Positions 47,273-57,019 are shown, numbered from the stretch's first letter. The stretch: 64,000 nt of DNA from Clostridia bacterium (GCA_017520825.1 JAFXEX010000006.1:4011-68010); one strand, 5' to 3'. A program made the numbers and translations. The notes: generated from the letters alone by a model not told the origin.

Positions 47273-49135
47273 TTAGCCCAAATATGAAGCCTTATACAAG
47301 CTGTGCCAACGAAGGAATACCAATATAACCCACAGCTTGCGATAATTGTCCTCACTGCCGTCACGGTGCGCATCAAGAAGGCGAAGCGCCTCCTTCTTGT
47401 CGATATATTCGTCGGCGCCCGAATTTACGATGATATCCTTTGCCCAATCGTAAAGCTCACGTCTGAGCCATTTACGCACGGGTACGGGGTAGCCAAGCTT
47501 TGGACGCATTACGGTTTCCTCGTTTACAAGGTCACGGAAGGCGTGACGGAAAATATACTTGGTAGTGCCGTGGGAAAGCTTTTCCTCTGTGGCAAGTGTT
47601 GAGGCAAGCTCGAACACCTCTTTGTCAAGGAAGGGCACTCTGACTTCCAGTGAATGAGCCATACTCAATCTGTCGCCCTTAACCAGAATATCGCCACGAA
47701 GCCAGGTATTCATATCTACGTACTGCATCTGTGTAATTCCGGGCAAGCCCTGAACGTCACGGTAAATATCACGGGTAACGTCGGTGAAATGCACCGAGGG
47801 GTCAAAGGTTTTGAGAATGGACCTTTTGCTCTCCTCGTCAAAAATAAATGCGTTTCCAACGTATCTGTCCGAAAGTGGAGTAGTTCCACGGTAGAGAAGC
47901 TGTTTTCCCTTAACCTTATCGGGAAGCACTCGTGAGAGCCAATTCAAAGGCGTTTTTACAAGCTTTGGAAGTGAATATATCTTAGACGAGGTAAGAGTTT
48001 CGTTATATACTCTGTAGCCACCGAAAAGCTCGTCGGAGCCCTCTCCCGAAAGCACCTCCTTCAAGTGACGCGCAGCCTCCTCACAAATGAGATAAATCGC
48101 CATTGTTGAGGGGTCTGCCATGGGAAAGTCAAGGTGATAAACCACCTTGTCAAAGGCTCGCTTGAAGTCCTCAAGCCCTGCCACAAGCTTTATATGCTCT
48201 ACGTCAAGATGCTCTGCAATGCCCGACGCCTCGTCTATTTCGGAATATTCCTTTACGCCGAAGGCGACTGTAAACGCCTTTATGCCGGGGTTGAGCTTAC
48301 TTGCCGTTGCAGTTATAACGGCAGAATCTATACCTCCCGACAGGAAGGTGCCTACGTCAACGTCACTTATCATATGATACTCCACCGACTTTTCAACGGT
48401 ACGGCGAAGTAGCTCTGCCTTCTTTTCAAAATCGTCTGATTTCTGAGGTCGGAAGGTGGGAGTGTAGTATCTCTCAACTCTCACGTCACAGTCTGCCGAA
48501 AAGTCACACACCATATAATGCCCTGCAGGGAGTATTTTTATCTCGGGGTGAAGGGTTGAGGGCTCGGGAACGTACTGATAGGTAAAATAATGCTGAAGCT
48601 GTGTTTTGTCAATAGAGGTCTTATCGAGAGATGGGTCAAGGTAAAACGCCTTTGACTCCGAGGAAAAGGACACTCTTCCCTCTCGGTGCATATAGTAAAG
48701 GGGCTTTATGCCGAAGGGGTCTCTGCCCAGCATTACGGTATTTTTTTCCTTATCGTAGAAGCAGAAGGCGAACATACCGCGAAGCTTATTGATAAAGCGC
48801 TCTCCCTCAATGGAGAAGAGTGTGAGCATTACCTCTATTTCCGAGTTGGTTTCAAAGGTATAGCCCTCTTTTATAAGCTCTGCTCTCAGGTCACGGTAAT
48901 TGTATATCTCACCGTTGAAAATACCCACGTATCTGTCGCCGTACTCAAAGGGCTGACTTCCCTTTTCAAGGTCGATTATACTGAGACGGCGAAAGGCAAT
49001 GGAAAGCCTTTCAAAGTTCAGCGCTTTATCCTCGTCGGGTCCTCGGTGAGCGATAGCCTGTGACATTCTGGTAATAAGGTCTCTCTCCTCGTTTTCAAGG
49101 GGAGCGTTTTTAAACATTCCTACGAAACCGCACAA
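47273..49135 (-). CDS. asnB: asparagine synthase (glutamine-hydrolysing)
   Basis: MCGFVG N-terminal nucleophile and SGGIDS PP-loop; 620 aa. Confidence 0.95.
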   Translation of the reverse strand: MCGFVGMFKNAPLENEERDLITRMSQAIAHRGPDEDKALNFERLSIAFRRLSIIDLEKGSQPFEYGDRYVGIFNGEIYNYRDLRAELIKEGYTFETNSEIEVMLTLFSIEGERFINKLRGMFAFCFYDKEKNTVMLGRDPFGIKPLYYMHREGRVSFSSESKAFYLDPSLDKTSIDKTQLQHYFTYQYVPEPSTLHPEIKILPAGHYMVCDFSADCDVRVERYYTPTFRPQKSDDFEKKAELLRRTVEKSVEYHMISDVDVGTFLSGGIDSAVITATASKLNPGIKAFTVAFGVKEYSEIDEASGIAEHLDVEHIKLVAGLEDFKRAFDKVVYHLDFPMADPSTMAIYLICEEAARHLKEVLSGEGSDELFGGYRVYNETLTSSKIYSLPKLVKTPLNWLSRVLPDKVKGKQLLYRGTTPLSDRYVGNAFIFDEESKRSILKTFDPSVHFTDVTRDIYRDVQGLPGITQMQYVDMNTWLRGDILVKGDRLSMAHSLEVRVPFLDKEVFELASTLATEEKLSHGTTKYIFRHAFRDLVNEETVMRPKLGYPVPVRKWLRRELYDWAKDIIVNSGADEYIDKKEALRLLDAHRDGSEDNYRKLWVILVFLRWHSLYKASYLG

Positions 49136-49159
49136 AATTTTAGTCTCCTTTTATTTTAG

Positions 49160-50410
49160 TCAATCTTTATTATCTTTACTTATCTGCTTTTTCAGCTTCA
49201 GGAGATAGTACGCCGAAAGGGCTGAAAAAGAGATGCCGAATATGAGGGACGGAAAAACGAAGGTGGTGTTATGCTGAGGATAGGCGTATAAAAAGAAATC
49301 AAATAGAGCAAGTGCCCCACCACCAAGCATATAAAGTACCGTGTTCTCCTCAAGCTTATATTTGGTATATTCCCGATTTAAGCCACCTGCGAGTCTGAAC
49401 AGCAGAATAAATACTATTGCAGTAAAAAACGCCGTCAGAGCAGATAAGGGCAAGGTCAAGGGCTTATCCGAAAAGGAATAGTCTATGACGAAGCCGTTTT
49501 TCATCAAGGGGATAAATCGGTATAAAAAAGCCGTAAGGGATACCCCGAAGCCCACAAGCGAGGTGACTGTCAGGGGAAGGGTTTTAAGTCCCATATTCTT
49601 TTTTGCCAGAATAGCTGCAATCGCCACTCCACCAAAGCCGATAAAGGTGGGGAGTATATCCGTTCCGTCAAGGTAAAAGTCGAAGAAAAATACCACGGCA
49701 AAGGATAGAACGGAAAGAATTGCGCCGGTGTTCTTTTTGAGCATACGGGAGGGTACCTCAAGCACGCTTTCCCGTCTGTTTTCCACCATCTTTGCGTTAA
49801 GGTCACGGTTTTTTACGATATCTCTCCAAAAGGGAATAAAGTAGACCAGCATAACCACGCTTACCACACAGGATAGGAAGAAGCAGAACACCATAAGCAC
49901 ACGCAGTGCGGCGTCGAAGTTTATAAACCAGGTGTTCGTTGAAAAGTCACCCGTCATTCTGCTGTCGAACAGTGACACCGTAGCAGGAATAACGGCAAAC
50001 ACGTTTTTAAGCACGAAAAATACGTAGAGATACCATTTAGCCGTATTAAGCTTATTAGAATCCAAAGGTGCGCCCACTCTCATTGCGCAATAGTCAAGCC
50101 CGGTAAAGAGATTGCTTACAAGGGGTATGACCGTAATAATCTCAACGATAGCGTAAGAGAAGGATGCAAGAAGCAGGTCGGCAGAGCTGAAACGGAAGGT
50201 AAAGAGGGAAAGCACAAGCTTTACGAGGGTTATAAGCACCATACGTCTGGAAAGCGCCTTTGCATCCTCGGTCCTCATTTCTATATCGGCAAGTCTGCCG
50301 ATTCCCATAATTATCAGAAGCCAACCCACAAAGTCGGGCAAAAGGTCAAGCAGACTGATATCGGGGGAAAAGATAAACAGTAAGCCCACAAGTACCAAAG
50401 AAAAGTGCAT
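49160..50410 (-). CDS. polytopic membrane protein, unknown function
   Basis: 416-aa ORF with about 10 or more hydrophobic segments. Lies between secA and asnB in the same orientation. Confidence 0.6.
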   Translation of the reverse strand: MHFSLVLVGLLFIFSPDISLLDLLPDFVGWLLIIMGIGRLADIEMRTEDAKALSRRMVLITLVKLVLSLFTFRFSSADLLLASFSYAIVEIITVIPLVSNLFTGLDYCAMRVGAPLDSNKLNTAKWYLYVFFVLKNVFAVIPATVSLFDSRMTGDFSTNTWFINFDAALRVLMVFCFFLSCVVSVVMLVYFIPFWRDIVKNRDLNAKMVENRRESVLEVPSRMLKKNTGAILSVLSFAVVFFFDFYLDGTDILPTFIGFGGVAIAAILAKKNMGLKTLPLTVTSLVGFGVSLTAFLYRFIPLMKNGFVIDYSFSDKPLTLPLSALTAFFTAIVFILLFRLAGGLNREYTKYKLEENTVLYMLGGGALALFDFFLYAYPQHNTTFVFPSLIFGISFSALSAYYLLKLKKQISKDNKD

Positions 50411-50434
50411 TTATCAGTTTCCTTTCATTTTGGA

Positions 50435-53194
50435 CTATTCAGCGTCGGTTGAATTTTTACCGCAGCATTTTTTATACTTCAAGCCACTTCCACAGGGGCA
50501 GGGGTCGTTGCGCCCCACCTTTTCTGCAGTGGTTTTTCTGACGGGCGCCTTCTTCAACGCCGAGGCGTCACCGCCGTGACTTGCAGAAAGAATCTTGATT
50601 ACTGCACGGCGCTTGCCGTCGTCCTGCTTCTGAGGCTTTACGAGAAGCTGTCGCACCGTGTCGCATCTGATGTCGTATATCATCTGCTCAAACATCTGTG
50701 AGCCTATAATCTTATACTCTGTAACGGGGTCCTTGTGTCCGTAAGCCTGAAGTCCCACGGTACTTTGCAACGCGTCCATTGCGTCGATGTGGTCCATCCA
50801 TTTCAGGTCAACGTTGCGAAGAAGAACGGCTCTTTCACGGTCTCTCATTCTCTCCTCGCCCACAAGCTCGGTTATTTCTGCATAGAGCTTTTCTGCTCTG
50901 TCTATAAGCATTTTTGAAACCTTTTTAACGCTGAGTGCGTCAAGGTCGTTACCCGTCTGTCTGAAATCCTCGTCGGTCGTAAGAAGTCCGAAGAAGGTAC
51001 GGCGAAGCTCGTCAAGATTCCATTCCTCAGGGGTATCCCCTGCCATACATTCCTGAACCTTGGTGTTTATAACCGACGTCATCATTGAGCTTATCTTGTC
51101 CTTGATATCAACGCCGTCAAGCACCTCCTGGCGCTCCTTGTAAATAACGTTTCTCTGCTCGCTCATAATGTTGTCGTACATCAGAACGTTACGGCGACGG
51201 GCAAAGTTCTGTCCTTCAAGACGCTTCTGTGCGTTTTCAATGGTGTTTGACAAAAGCTTTGCGTCAAGGGGCTGATCGTCCTCAAGTCCCATACGGTCAA
51301 CAAGCACCGTAATGCGCTCGCCACCGAAGAGACGCATAAGGTCGTCGTCAAGGGAGAGGTAGAACGCCGATGCGCCTGCATCACCCTGTCTGCCTGCTCG
51401 TCCTCGGAGCTGGTTGTCGATACGGCGCGACTCGTGGCGCTCGGTACCGAGAATAAAGAGACCTCCTGCCTCTCTTACCTTTTCGGCTTCGGGGGCAATT
51501 TCGTTTTCGTACTGTGTAACCAGAGCCGTATATCTCTCACGCACTGCAAGTATATCTGCATCGTCGGTATCGGTCACACCGTCGGCAAGTGCGATAAGCT
51601 CGTCGGAAAAGCCCTCTCGTCTCAGCTGGCTCTTGGCAAGATATTCGGGGTTACCGCCAAGCATAATGTCGGTACCTCGTCCTGCCATATTGGTGGAAAT
51701 GGTAACTGCGCCAAGCTTACCTGCCTGAGCTACAATCTCGGCTTCCTTGTCGTGAAGCTTTGCGTTGAGGACGTTGTGCTTGATGCCTCTCTTGGTGAGA
51801 AGCTTTGAAAGCTCCTCGGATTTATCAATGGAAACTGTGCCCACAAGCACGGGCTGTCCCTTTTTGTAGCATTCCTCTATCTGTCGGATGACAGCCTCGG
51901 TTTTAGCCTTTTTGTTCTTATATACCTTGTCCTCGGCGTCACGTCTTATCATGGGCTTGTTGGTGGGAATTTCAATAACGTCAAGTGAGTATATCTCACG
52001 GAATTCCGATTCCTCGGTAAGAGCAGTTCCCGTCATACCCGAAAGCTTCTTGTAAAGTCTGAAATAGTTCTGGAAGGTAATGGTGGCAAGAGTCTTTGAC
52101 TCACGCTCCACCTTTACGTTTTCCTTTGCCTCTATTGCCTGATGAAGTCCGTCGGAGTAGCGTCTGCCGGGCATAAGTCTGCCCGTAAAGGAATCGACGA
52201 TAACGACCTGATTGTCCTTTACCACGTAGTCAACGTCACGCTTCATAGTGCCCCAGGCCTTTATTGCCTGATTTACGTGGTGGGCAAGGGTTGCGTTTTC
52301 GGAATCTGCAAGGTTTTCTATATTAAAGCGCTCCTCTACCTTTCTCACACCACTTGAGGTGAGGGTAGCGTTATTGGCTTTTTCGTCAATTATATAATCG
52401 TATTTGGTGTCAAGCTCCTCGTCTATCTCCTTGTCGTTGGACTCCTTGATTTTAAAGGAGCGAAGTCCCTTGGCAAACTGATTTACCACGTCGTAAAGCT
52501 CGGTTGACTTTTCGCCCTGTCCCGAAATAATAAGGGGTGTACGCGCCTCGTCGATAAGGATAGAGTCCACCTCGTCAACGATAGCAAAATTGTGGGGGCG
52601 CTGTACCATATCCTCCTTGTAGCTTACAAGGTGGTCTCTCAGGTAGTCGAAGCCGAATTCGTTATTGGTGCCATAGGTAATGTCGGCGTTGTACGCCTCT
52701 CGTCTCTGGTCGTTGTCAAGACCGTGTATAATCAGTCCTACCTTCAAGCCGAGGAAGTTATATATTTTACCCATCCATTCGCTGTCACGCTTTGCAAGGT
52801 AATCGTTTACCGTTACGATATGCACGCCCTCACCCGACAATGCGTTGAGGTAGGCAGGAAGTGTGGCAACCAGAGTCTTACCCTCACCCGTTCTCATTTC
52901 GGCAATTCTGCCCTGATGGATAACGATACCACCGATAAGCTGTACCTTGTAGTGACGCTTACCAAGTACTCTGGTAGAGGCTTCTCTCACCGTGGCAAAC
53001 GCCTCGGGAAGAATATCGTCAAGGGTTTCACCCTTTGCAAGTCTGCCCTTTAATACCTCGGTCTGCTCACGAAGCTCTGCATCGCTCATCTGAGAATATT
53101 TTTCGCCCAACGCTTCTATTTTTTCAACTATGGGCATTATTCTTTTTACTTCTCTCTGGCTATGTGTGCCAAACACTTTGGTCAGTAAACTCAT
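50435..53194 (-). CDS. secA: preprotein translocase ATPase SecA
   Basis: 919 aa with MRTGEGKT Walker [20 protein letters not shown] and the C-terminal zinc motif [14 protein letters not shown]. Confidence 0.98.
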   Translation of the reverse strand: MSLLTKVFGTHSQREVKRIMPIVEKIEALGEKYSQMSDAELREQTEVLKGRLAKGETLDDILPEAFATVREASTRVLGKRHYKVQLIGGIVIHQGRIAEMRTGEGKTLVATLPAYLNALSGEGVHIVTVNDYLAKRDSEWMGKIYNFLGLKVGLIIHGLDNDQRREAYNADITYGTNNEFGFDYLRDHLVSYKEDMVQRPHNFAIVDEVDSILIDEARTPLIISGQGEKSTELYDVVNQFAKGLRSFKIKESNDKEIDEELDTKYDYIIDEKANNATLTSSGVRKVEERFNIENLADSENATLAHHVNQAIKAWGTMKRDVDYVVKDNQVVIVDSFTGRLMPGRRYSDGLHQAIEAKENVKVERESKTLATITFQNYFRLYKKLSGMTGTALTEESEFREIYSLDVIEIPTNKPMIRRDAEDKVYKNKKAKTEAVIRQIEECYKKGQPVLVGTVSIDKSEELSKLLTKRGIKHNVLNAKLHDKEAEIVAQAGKLGAVTISTNMAGRGTDIMLGGNPEYLAKSQLRREGFSDELIALADGVTDTDDADILAVRERYTALVTQYENEIAPEAEKVREAGGLFILGTERHESRRIDNQLRGRAGRQGDAGASAFYLSLDDDLMRLFGGERITVLVDRMGLEDDQPLDAKLLSNTIENAQKRLEGQNFARRRNVLMYDNIMSEQRNVIYKERQEVLDGVDIKDKISSMMTSVINTKVQECMAGDTPEEWNLDELRRTFFGLLTTDEDFRQTGNDLDALSVKKVSKMLIDRAEKLYAEITELVGEERMRDRERAVLLRNVDLKWMDHIDAMDALQSTVGLQAYGHKDPVTEYKIIGSQMFEQMIYDIRCDTVRQLLVKPQKQDDGKRRAVIKILSASHGGDASALKKAPVRKTTAEKVGRNDPCPCGSGLKYKKCCGKNSTDAE

Positions 53195-53209
53195 TTTATT
53201 TCCTTTCAG

Positions 53210-54169
53210 TCAAAACTCACGCTTTATTTCCCTTGAAAACAGTGAGTTAAGTGTTGTTTGAGGGTCTGCGTTTTCAAAAATTATTCTGTAAACTGCCGTA
53301 CATATGGGAAGCTCTGTGTGATGCCTTTCGGAGAGTAGCATCAACGCCTTGCAGGTGGCAACACCCTCGGCAAGCTTCTCAAAGCTCTCACCCTTCACCA
53401 ACGCTTCGCCAAAGGCTCTGTTGTGTGAATGGGGTGAAAACACCGTTGCTTCATAGTCTCCAAGATGACAAAGTCCGAAGGCGGAAAGCCTGTCTCCTCC
53501 CATTGCCTCTATAAGTCGGGATATTTCCCCTGCCCCTCTTGCCATTAAAGCGCCCTTAAGGCTTGAAACTCCCAAGCCGTCAAGCATACCTGCAGCAATT
53601 CCTATAACGTTCTTACTTGCAGCCCCCACCTCGCTTCCACAAAGGTCGGTGCCGATATAAAAGCGTATAAGGGAGGAGGAAAGCTCCTCGGCAAGCTCTT
53701 CCTTCAGCTCCACGTTTTCCGAATCTATTACCATACAGTTAGGTATTGCCTGTACGAAATCCTCTACGTGTCCCGGCCCTACCCAAATCGCCGTTGCGTG
53801 TGGCTTGGTATAGGCAGAATCAAAAACCTCGGTCAAGCGTCTGCCCGTCTTTTCCTCAAGCCCCTTCATACAAAGTATAAAGTGCTTGTAAGCGCCGTCA
53901 GGCACTCTGTCCGACAGCATTTTTGCAAAATCGTAAAGCTGTTGTGAAGATATAGAAATAACTACGGTTTCGTTTTCAAGGGCTCGGTCAAGGTCGGTGG
54001 TGATAAGGGTTCTCTCACCGAAGGTAACGGTGCCGTTAGTACGGTCCCTCATCAGTGCACATATATTTTTTGACCCCTCTCTGCCCCATAAAACAGTCTG
54101 GTCCTTCAACGAAAGATACCATGCGATAAAGCTTCCCCATCTCCCACATCCAAGCACGGATATTTTCAT
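53210..54169 (-). CDS. gpsA: NAD(P)H-dependent glycerol-3-phosphate dehydrogenase-like
   Basis: MKISVLGCGRWGS Rossmann N-terminus and a GpsA-like C-domain (NVIGIAAGMLDGLG). Confidence 0.75.
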   Translation of the reverse strand: MKISVLGCGRWGSFIAWYLSLKDQTVLWGREGSKNICALMRDRTNGTVTFGERTLITTDLDRALENETVVISISSQQLYDFAKMLSDRVPDGAYKHFILCMKGLEEKTGRRLTEVFDSAYTKPHATAIWVGPGHVEDFVQAIPNCMVIDSENVELKEELAEELSSSLIRFYIGTDLCGSEVGAASKNVIGIAAGMLDGLGVSSLKGALMARGAGEISRLIEAMGGDRLSAFGLCHLGDYEATVFSPHSHNRAFGEALVKGESFEKLAEGVATCKALMLLSERHHTELPICTAVYRIIFENADPQTTLNSLFSREIKREF

Positions 54170-54181
54170 TGCGTTTACCTC

Positions 54182-54733
54182 TTATCTCAGCTCGTCAACG
54201 TACAAAGCGCGCTCTCCACCAACGAATTTAGGTCTGGTTCGAGCAACGGTAAGCCTTGCCTTGCCTATCATATCAACGCTTGTTCTCACCGGCACGGCTA
54301 CCTGACGGAGCTGCATACCGATAAGCACGCTTCCGATATCCATTCCTGCCGCGGCAGATACTCTTTCAACGGCGCAGGGCTGGTCAAGGGTGTCCCAGAG
54401 AGACATTGCGAAAGCGCCCCCTGCGTGAAGCTGAGGCTTTACGTTTACCCTTTCAAGTCCCCACAGCCTTGCTGCTTCTCTCTCTATTATGACGGAACGG
54501 TTAAGATGCTCACAGCATTGGGCTGCAAGATAACAGCCCTTTTCCTTTACCATAGGATAAAGGGTTTCAACCAGAGCCTTTCCTACGTCAAGGCTTGAGA
54601 AGGTACCCACCTTTTCTCCCATTACCTCACTTGTGGAGCATCCAACCACAACGATATCTCCTTTTTCAAGGTTTGCAACCTTAAAAAGCTCCTCCAGAGC
54701 CGTTTTTGCCTGTAATTTTATATTTTCTATCAT
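54182..54733 (-). CDS. TIGR01440/UPF0340-family protein
   Basis: 183 aa; GDIVVVGCSTSEVMGEKVGT is typical of the YwlG-like family, from memory. Confidence 0.7.
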   Translation of the reverse strand: MIENIKLQAKTALEELFKVANLEKGDIVVVGCSTSEVMGEKVGTFSSLDVGKALVETLYPMVKEKGCYLAAQCCEHLNRSVIIEREAARLWGLERVNVKPQLHAGGAFAMSLWDTLDQPCAVERVSAAAGMDIGSVLIGMQLRQVAVPVRTSVDMIGKARLTVARTRPKFVGGERALYVDELR

Positions 54734-54829
54734 TTCACTATCTCCATATATAATATATATTTAGTATAGTATATAACATTTTTTCGTTTTATACAAGTAC
54801 ATAATGTGAATTTTTTCCTTATATTTTCT

Positions 54830-54858
54830 TTGACTTTCCCCGATATTTGTGTTAAAAT
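54830..54858 (+). promoter_or_regulatory. promoter of the nitroreductase gene
   Basis: TTGACT-17 nt-TAAAAT, embedded in the 8-bp inverted repeat CTTTGACT/AGTCAAAG. Confidence 0.55.
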
Positions 54859-54890
54859 AAGTCAAAGATATAAATTGAGGAGATTCAGCT

Positions 54891-55403
54891 ATGGATATTT
54901 TAGATATTTTAAAAAGCCGTTATTCCGTAAGGGATTATTCCGACAGGCAGATTCCGTCGGATATTCTTGAAAAAATTCTTGAAGCAGGACGGGTTGCCCC
55001 GACAGCAAAAAATCAACAGCCACAGAGAGTTTTCGTTTTGCAAAGCAAGGAAGCCATTGAAAAAATACGTGGAATTACCCCCAGCGCCTACAACGCCCCC
55101 ACGGTGCTTCTGATTTGCGCCGATATGGACGTGGCGTGGCACAGAACGAGAGATTCCTGGTGCGCAGCGCCCATCGACACCTCAATCGTTACTTGCCATA
55201 TGATGCTTGAAGCCGAAGCCCTTGGGGTAGGCTCCTGCTGGGTGTGTGCCTTTGATGCGCAGAAGGTTATTGACGCCTTTGATTTGCCCGAAAATTATTA
55301 TCCCTATTCCCTTCTGGACCTTGGCTATGCGTCCGACACCTGCGAGCCCAATCCACGACATTTTGAGAGAGTGCCCATTGAGGACACAGTCAAGTATATT
55401 TGA
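54891..55403 (+). CDS. nitroreductase-family protein
   Basis: LKSRYSVRDYSDRQIP...APTAKNQQP; 170 aa. Confidence 0.85.
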   Translation: MDILDILKSRYSVRDYSDRQIPSDILEKILEAGRVAPTAKNQQPQRVFVLQSKEAIEKIRGITPSAYNAPTVLLICADMDVAWHRTRDSWCAAPIDTSIVTCHMMLEAEALGVGSCWVCAFDAQKVIDAFDLPENYYPYSLLDLGYASDTCEPNPRHFERVPIEDTVKYI

Positions 55404-55430
55404 CGGCGTGCCTTTTGGGTGAGACCCAAA

Positions 55431-55688
55431 CAAATGCAGAATGCATTAAAAAAGCAAGAGGAAAACTCCTCTTGACTTTTTACAGTTATATTCGCCATTC
55501 GGCGAGTTATATTCGCTAACGCAAGTTATATTGCTTCGCAGTTATATTCCCTTCGGGAGTTAAGGTTGATTTGCTCTGCAAATCTTCAATAATTGTAAAT
55601 TTCGCAGAGCGAAATTGTCCTTAATTGTGCATTGTGAATTGTGCACTGTGCATTATAAAAGCAAGAGGAATACTCCTCTTGCTTTTGC
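55431..55688. repeat. terminator-linked heptad / word-hairpin array (element B)
   Basis: TGCAGAATGCA, hairpin 55449-55483, then GTTATATT x4 (55485, 55506, 55525, 55541) separated by mini-hairpins (CGCC-ATTC-GGCG, TGC-TTC-GCA, TCCC-TTC-GGGA). These are followed by nested hairpins, heptads at 55621-55654 and terminator hairpin 55657-55686. Positions 55541-55688 are the reverse complement of 60012-60160. Confidence 0.85.
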
Positions 55689-55710
55689 TTTAGCCCAAAT
55701 ATGAAGCCGT

Positions 55711-55954
55711 AAAGGCGCACAGATTTGGAGATAAAATCGCGGAGTGCGAAGGCGTCGGCGTACAACGGTACGCCAGTCCGAGCAACACGCGAAGAAAATG
55801 AAATTTTTACAGATGGAAGAAAGCGAAGCTTTCTACCTTAAAAGACTTGTAACAATGAAGAAGTGTGTTCACGCTTTCTAACAGTCGCGAACACACTATC
55901 GTCAAAATATAATTATCATTTCATTTTCGGTTTTAGCCCAAATATGAAGCCGTA
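55711..55954. repeat. 244-bp direct repeat, copy 1
   Basis: Aligns with 56776-57019 with about 9 mismatches by eye. Contains internal hairpins (GGCGTAC-AACG-GTACGCC, GAAAGC-GAA-GCTTTC, GTGTGTTC..GAACACAC) and a long-range stem GAAAATGAAAT/ATTTCATTTTC. Confidence 0.9.
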
Positions 55955-55956
55955 AG

Positions 55957-56331
55957 CTATTTGTTGTTAATTATCCAATCAAGCAGGTCCTCGTAGCCCA
56001 TTTTTCCTGATGCAACGGCAAGTCCTACACGGGCAACGTCGTCTACAGTTGGTTTTATTTTTATACCGTTGACTTCAAGGAAGGTCAGAAGCACGTACAT
56101 TCCTATACGCTTGTTTCCGTCTACGAAAGCGTGATTTGAAATGAGAGAATAGCCAATCCTCGCACCCTTTTCCTCTTTTGTCGGATATAGCTCCTTGCCG
56201 TCAAAGGTTTGAAATGCCGATTCAAGGGCGCTGTCAAGCAAGGCTATATCACGAAGGCTTGGGTCTCCACCTGTTTCTTCGGTAATAAGCTTATGCAATA
56301 AAAGCACCTTGTCTTTGCTGAATTTTATCAT
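55957..56331 (-). CDS. doc: Doc/Fic-family toxin
   Basis: 124 aa with Fic motif HAFVDGNKRIG. Overlaps phd by 4 nt. Confidence 0.9.
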   Translation of the reverse strand: MIKFSKDKVLLLHKLITEETGGDPSLRDIALLDSALESAFQTFDGKELYPTKEEKGARIGYSLISNHAFVDGNKRIGMYVLLTFLEVNGIKIKPTVDDVARVGLAVASGKMGYEDLLDWIINNK

Positions 56332-56570
56332 TTTGCAAGCTCCTCAAAGGCGAGACGGTAACGGTTTAAAACTCTCATCGCCACAAAATCAATTTTTTCA
56401 TCGTCTGTCATTTCCAACGAGGTGTCATTTTCAAGGTCAATAAGCTTGTATTTGGGTTTGTTGTTTTTGAAAATGTATATTTCGCCCACTCTGTCAACGG
56501 CTCGGGCTACCTTTGAAAAATTCTGATTAGCTTCGGATATTGAAACTATTTGTTCTGTGTTTATTCTCAT
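56328..56570 (-). CDS. phd: Phd/YefM-family antitoxin
   Basis: About 80 aa: MRINTEQIVSISEANQNFSKVARAVDRVGEIYIFKNNKPKYKLIDL. The start was set at the ATG 7 nt after AGGAGG, because the ORF-track start lies inside the promoter. Confidence 0.75.
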   Translation of the reverse strand: MRINTEQIVSISEANQNFSKVARAVDRVGEIYIFKNNKPKYKLIDLENDTSLEMTDDEKIDFVAMRVLNRYRLAFEELAK

Positions 56571-56591
56571 CGTCATACCTCCTTTGTTTAT

Positions 56592-56620
56592 ATTATACAC
56601 ATATATTAGTATATTGTCAA
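56592..56620 (-). promoter_or_regulatory. consensus sigma-A promoter of phd-doc
   Basis: The minus strand reads TTGACA-17 nt-TATAAT. Confidence 0.75.
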
Positions 56621-56742
56621 CCTAAAATTTATACTAAATTTTGCCAATAGTCTAAATTTTGTGAATTCTAAACTGTGCATTAAAAGGCTTCATATTTAAA
56701 TTAGTTTAAAGTTGATAATTGAAAATGGAAAATTAACATTTA

Positions 56743-56772
56743 TTCTGCATTTTGCATTGTGCATTCTGCATT
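56743..56772. repeat. TGCAnnn heptad block (element C)
   Basis: The minus strand reads TGCAGAA TGCACAA TGCAAAA TGCAGAA directly after a T-run, the same arrangement as element A. Confidence 0.75.
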
Positions 56773-56775
56773 AAA

Positions 56776-57019
56776 AAAGGCGCGCAGATTTGGAGATAAA
56801 ATCGCGGAGTGCGAAGGCGTCGGCGTACAACGGTACGCCAGTCCGAGCAACACGCGAAGAAAATGAAATTTTTACAGATGAAAGAAAGCGAAGCTTTCTA
56901 CCTTGAAAAACTTGTAACAATGAAGAAGTGTGTTCACGCCTTATGATACTCGCGAACACACTATCGTCAAAATATAATTATCATTTCATTTTCGGTTTTA
57001 GCCCAAATATGAAGCCGTA
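56776..57019. repeat. 244-bp direct repeat, copy 2
   Basis: See copy 1. It ends 5 nt from the stop codon of the SLH gene. Confidence 0.9.

Noticed and set aside
56771-56959. 62-aa minus-strand ORF inside the 244-bp repeat, copy 2
   Set aside because: The equivalent frame in copy 1 does not appear in the 60-aa-minimum ORF track. There is no RBS and the sequence is dominated by hairpins, so a non-coding interpretation is preferred.
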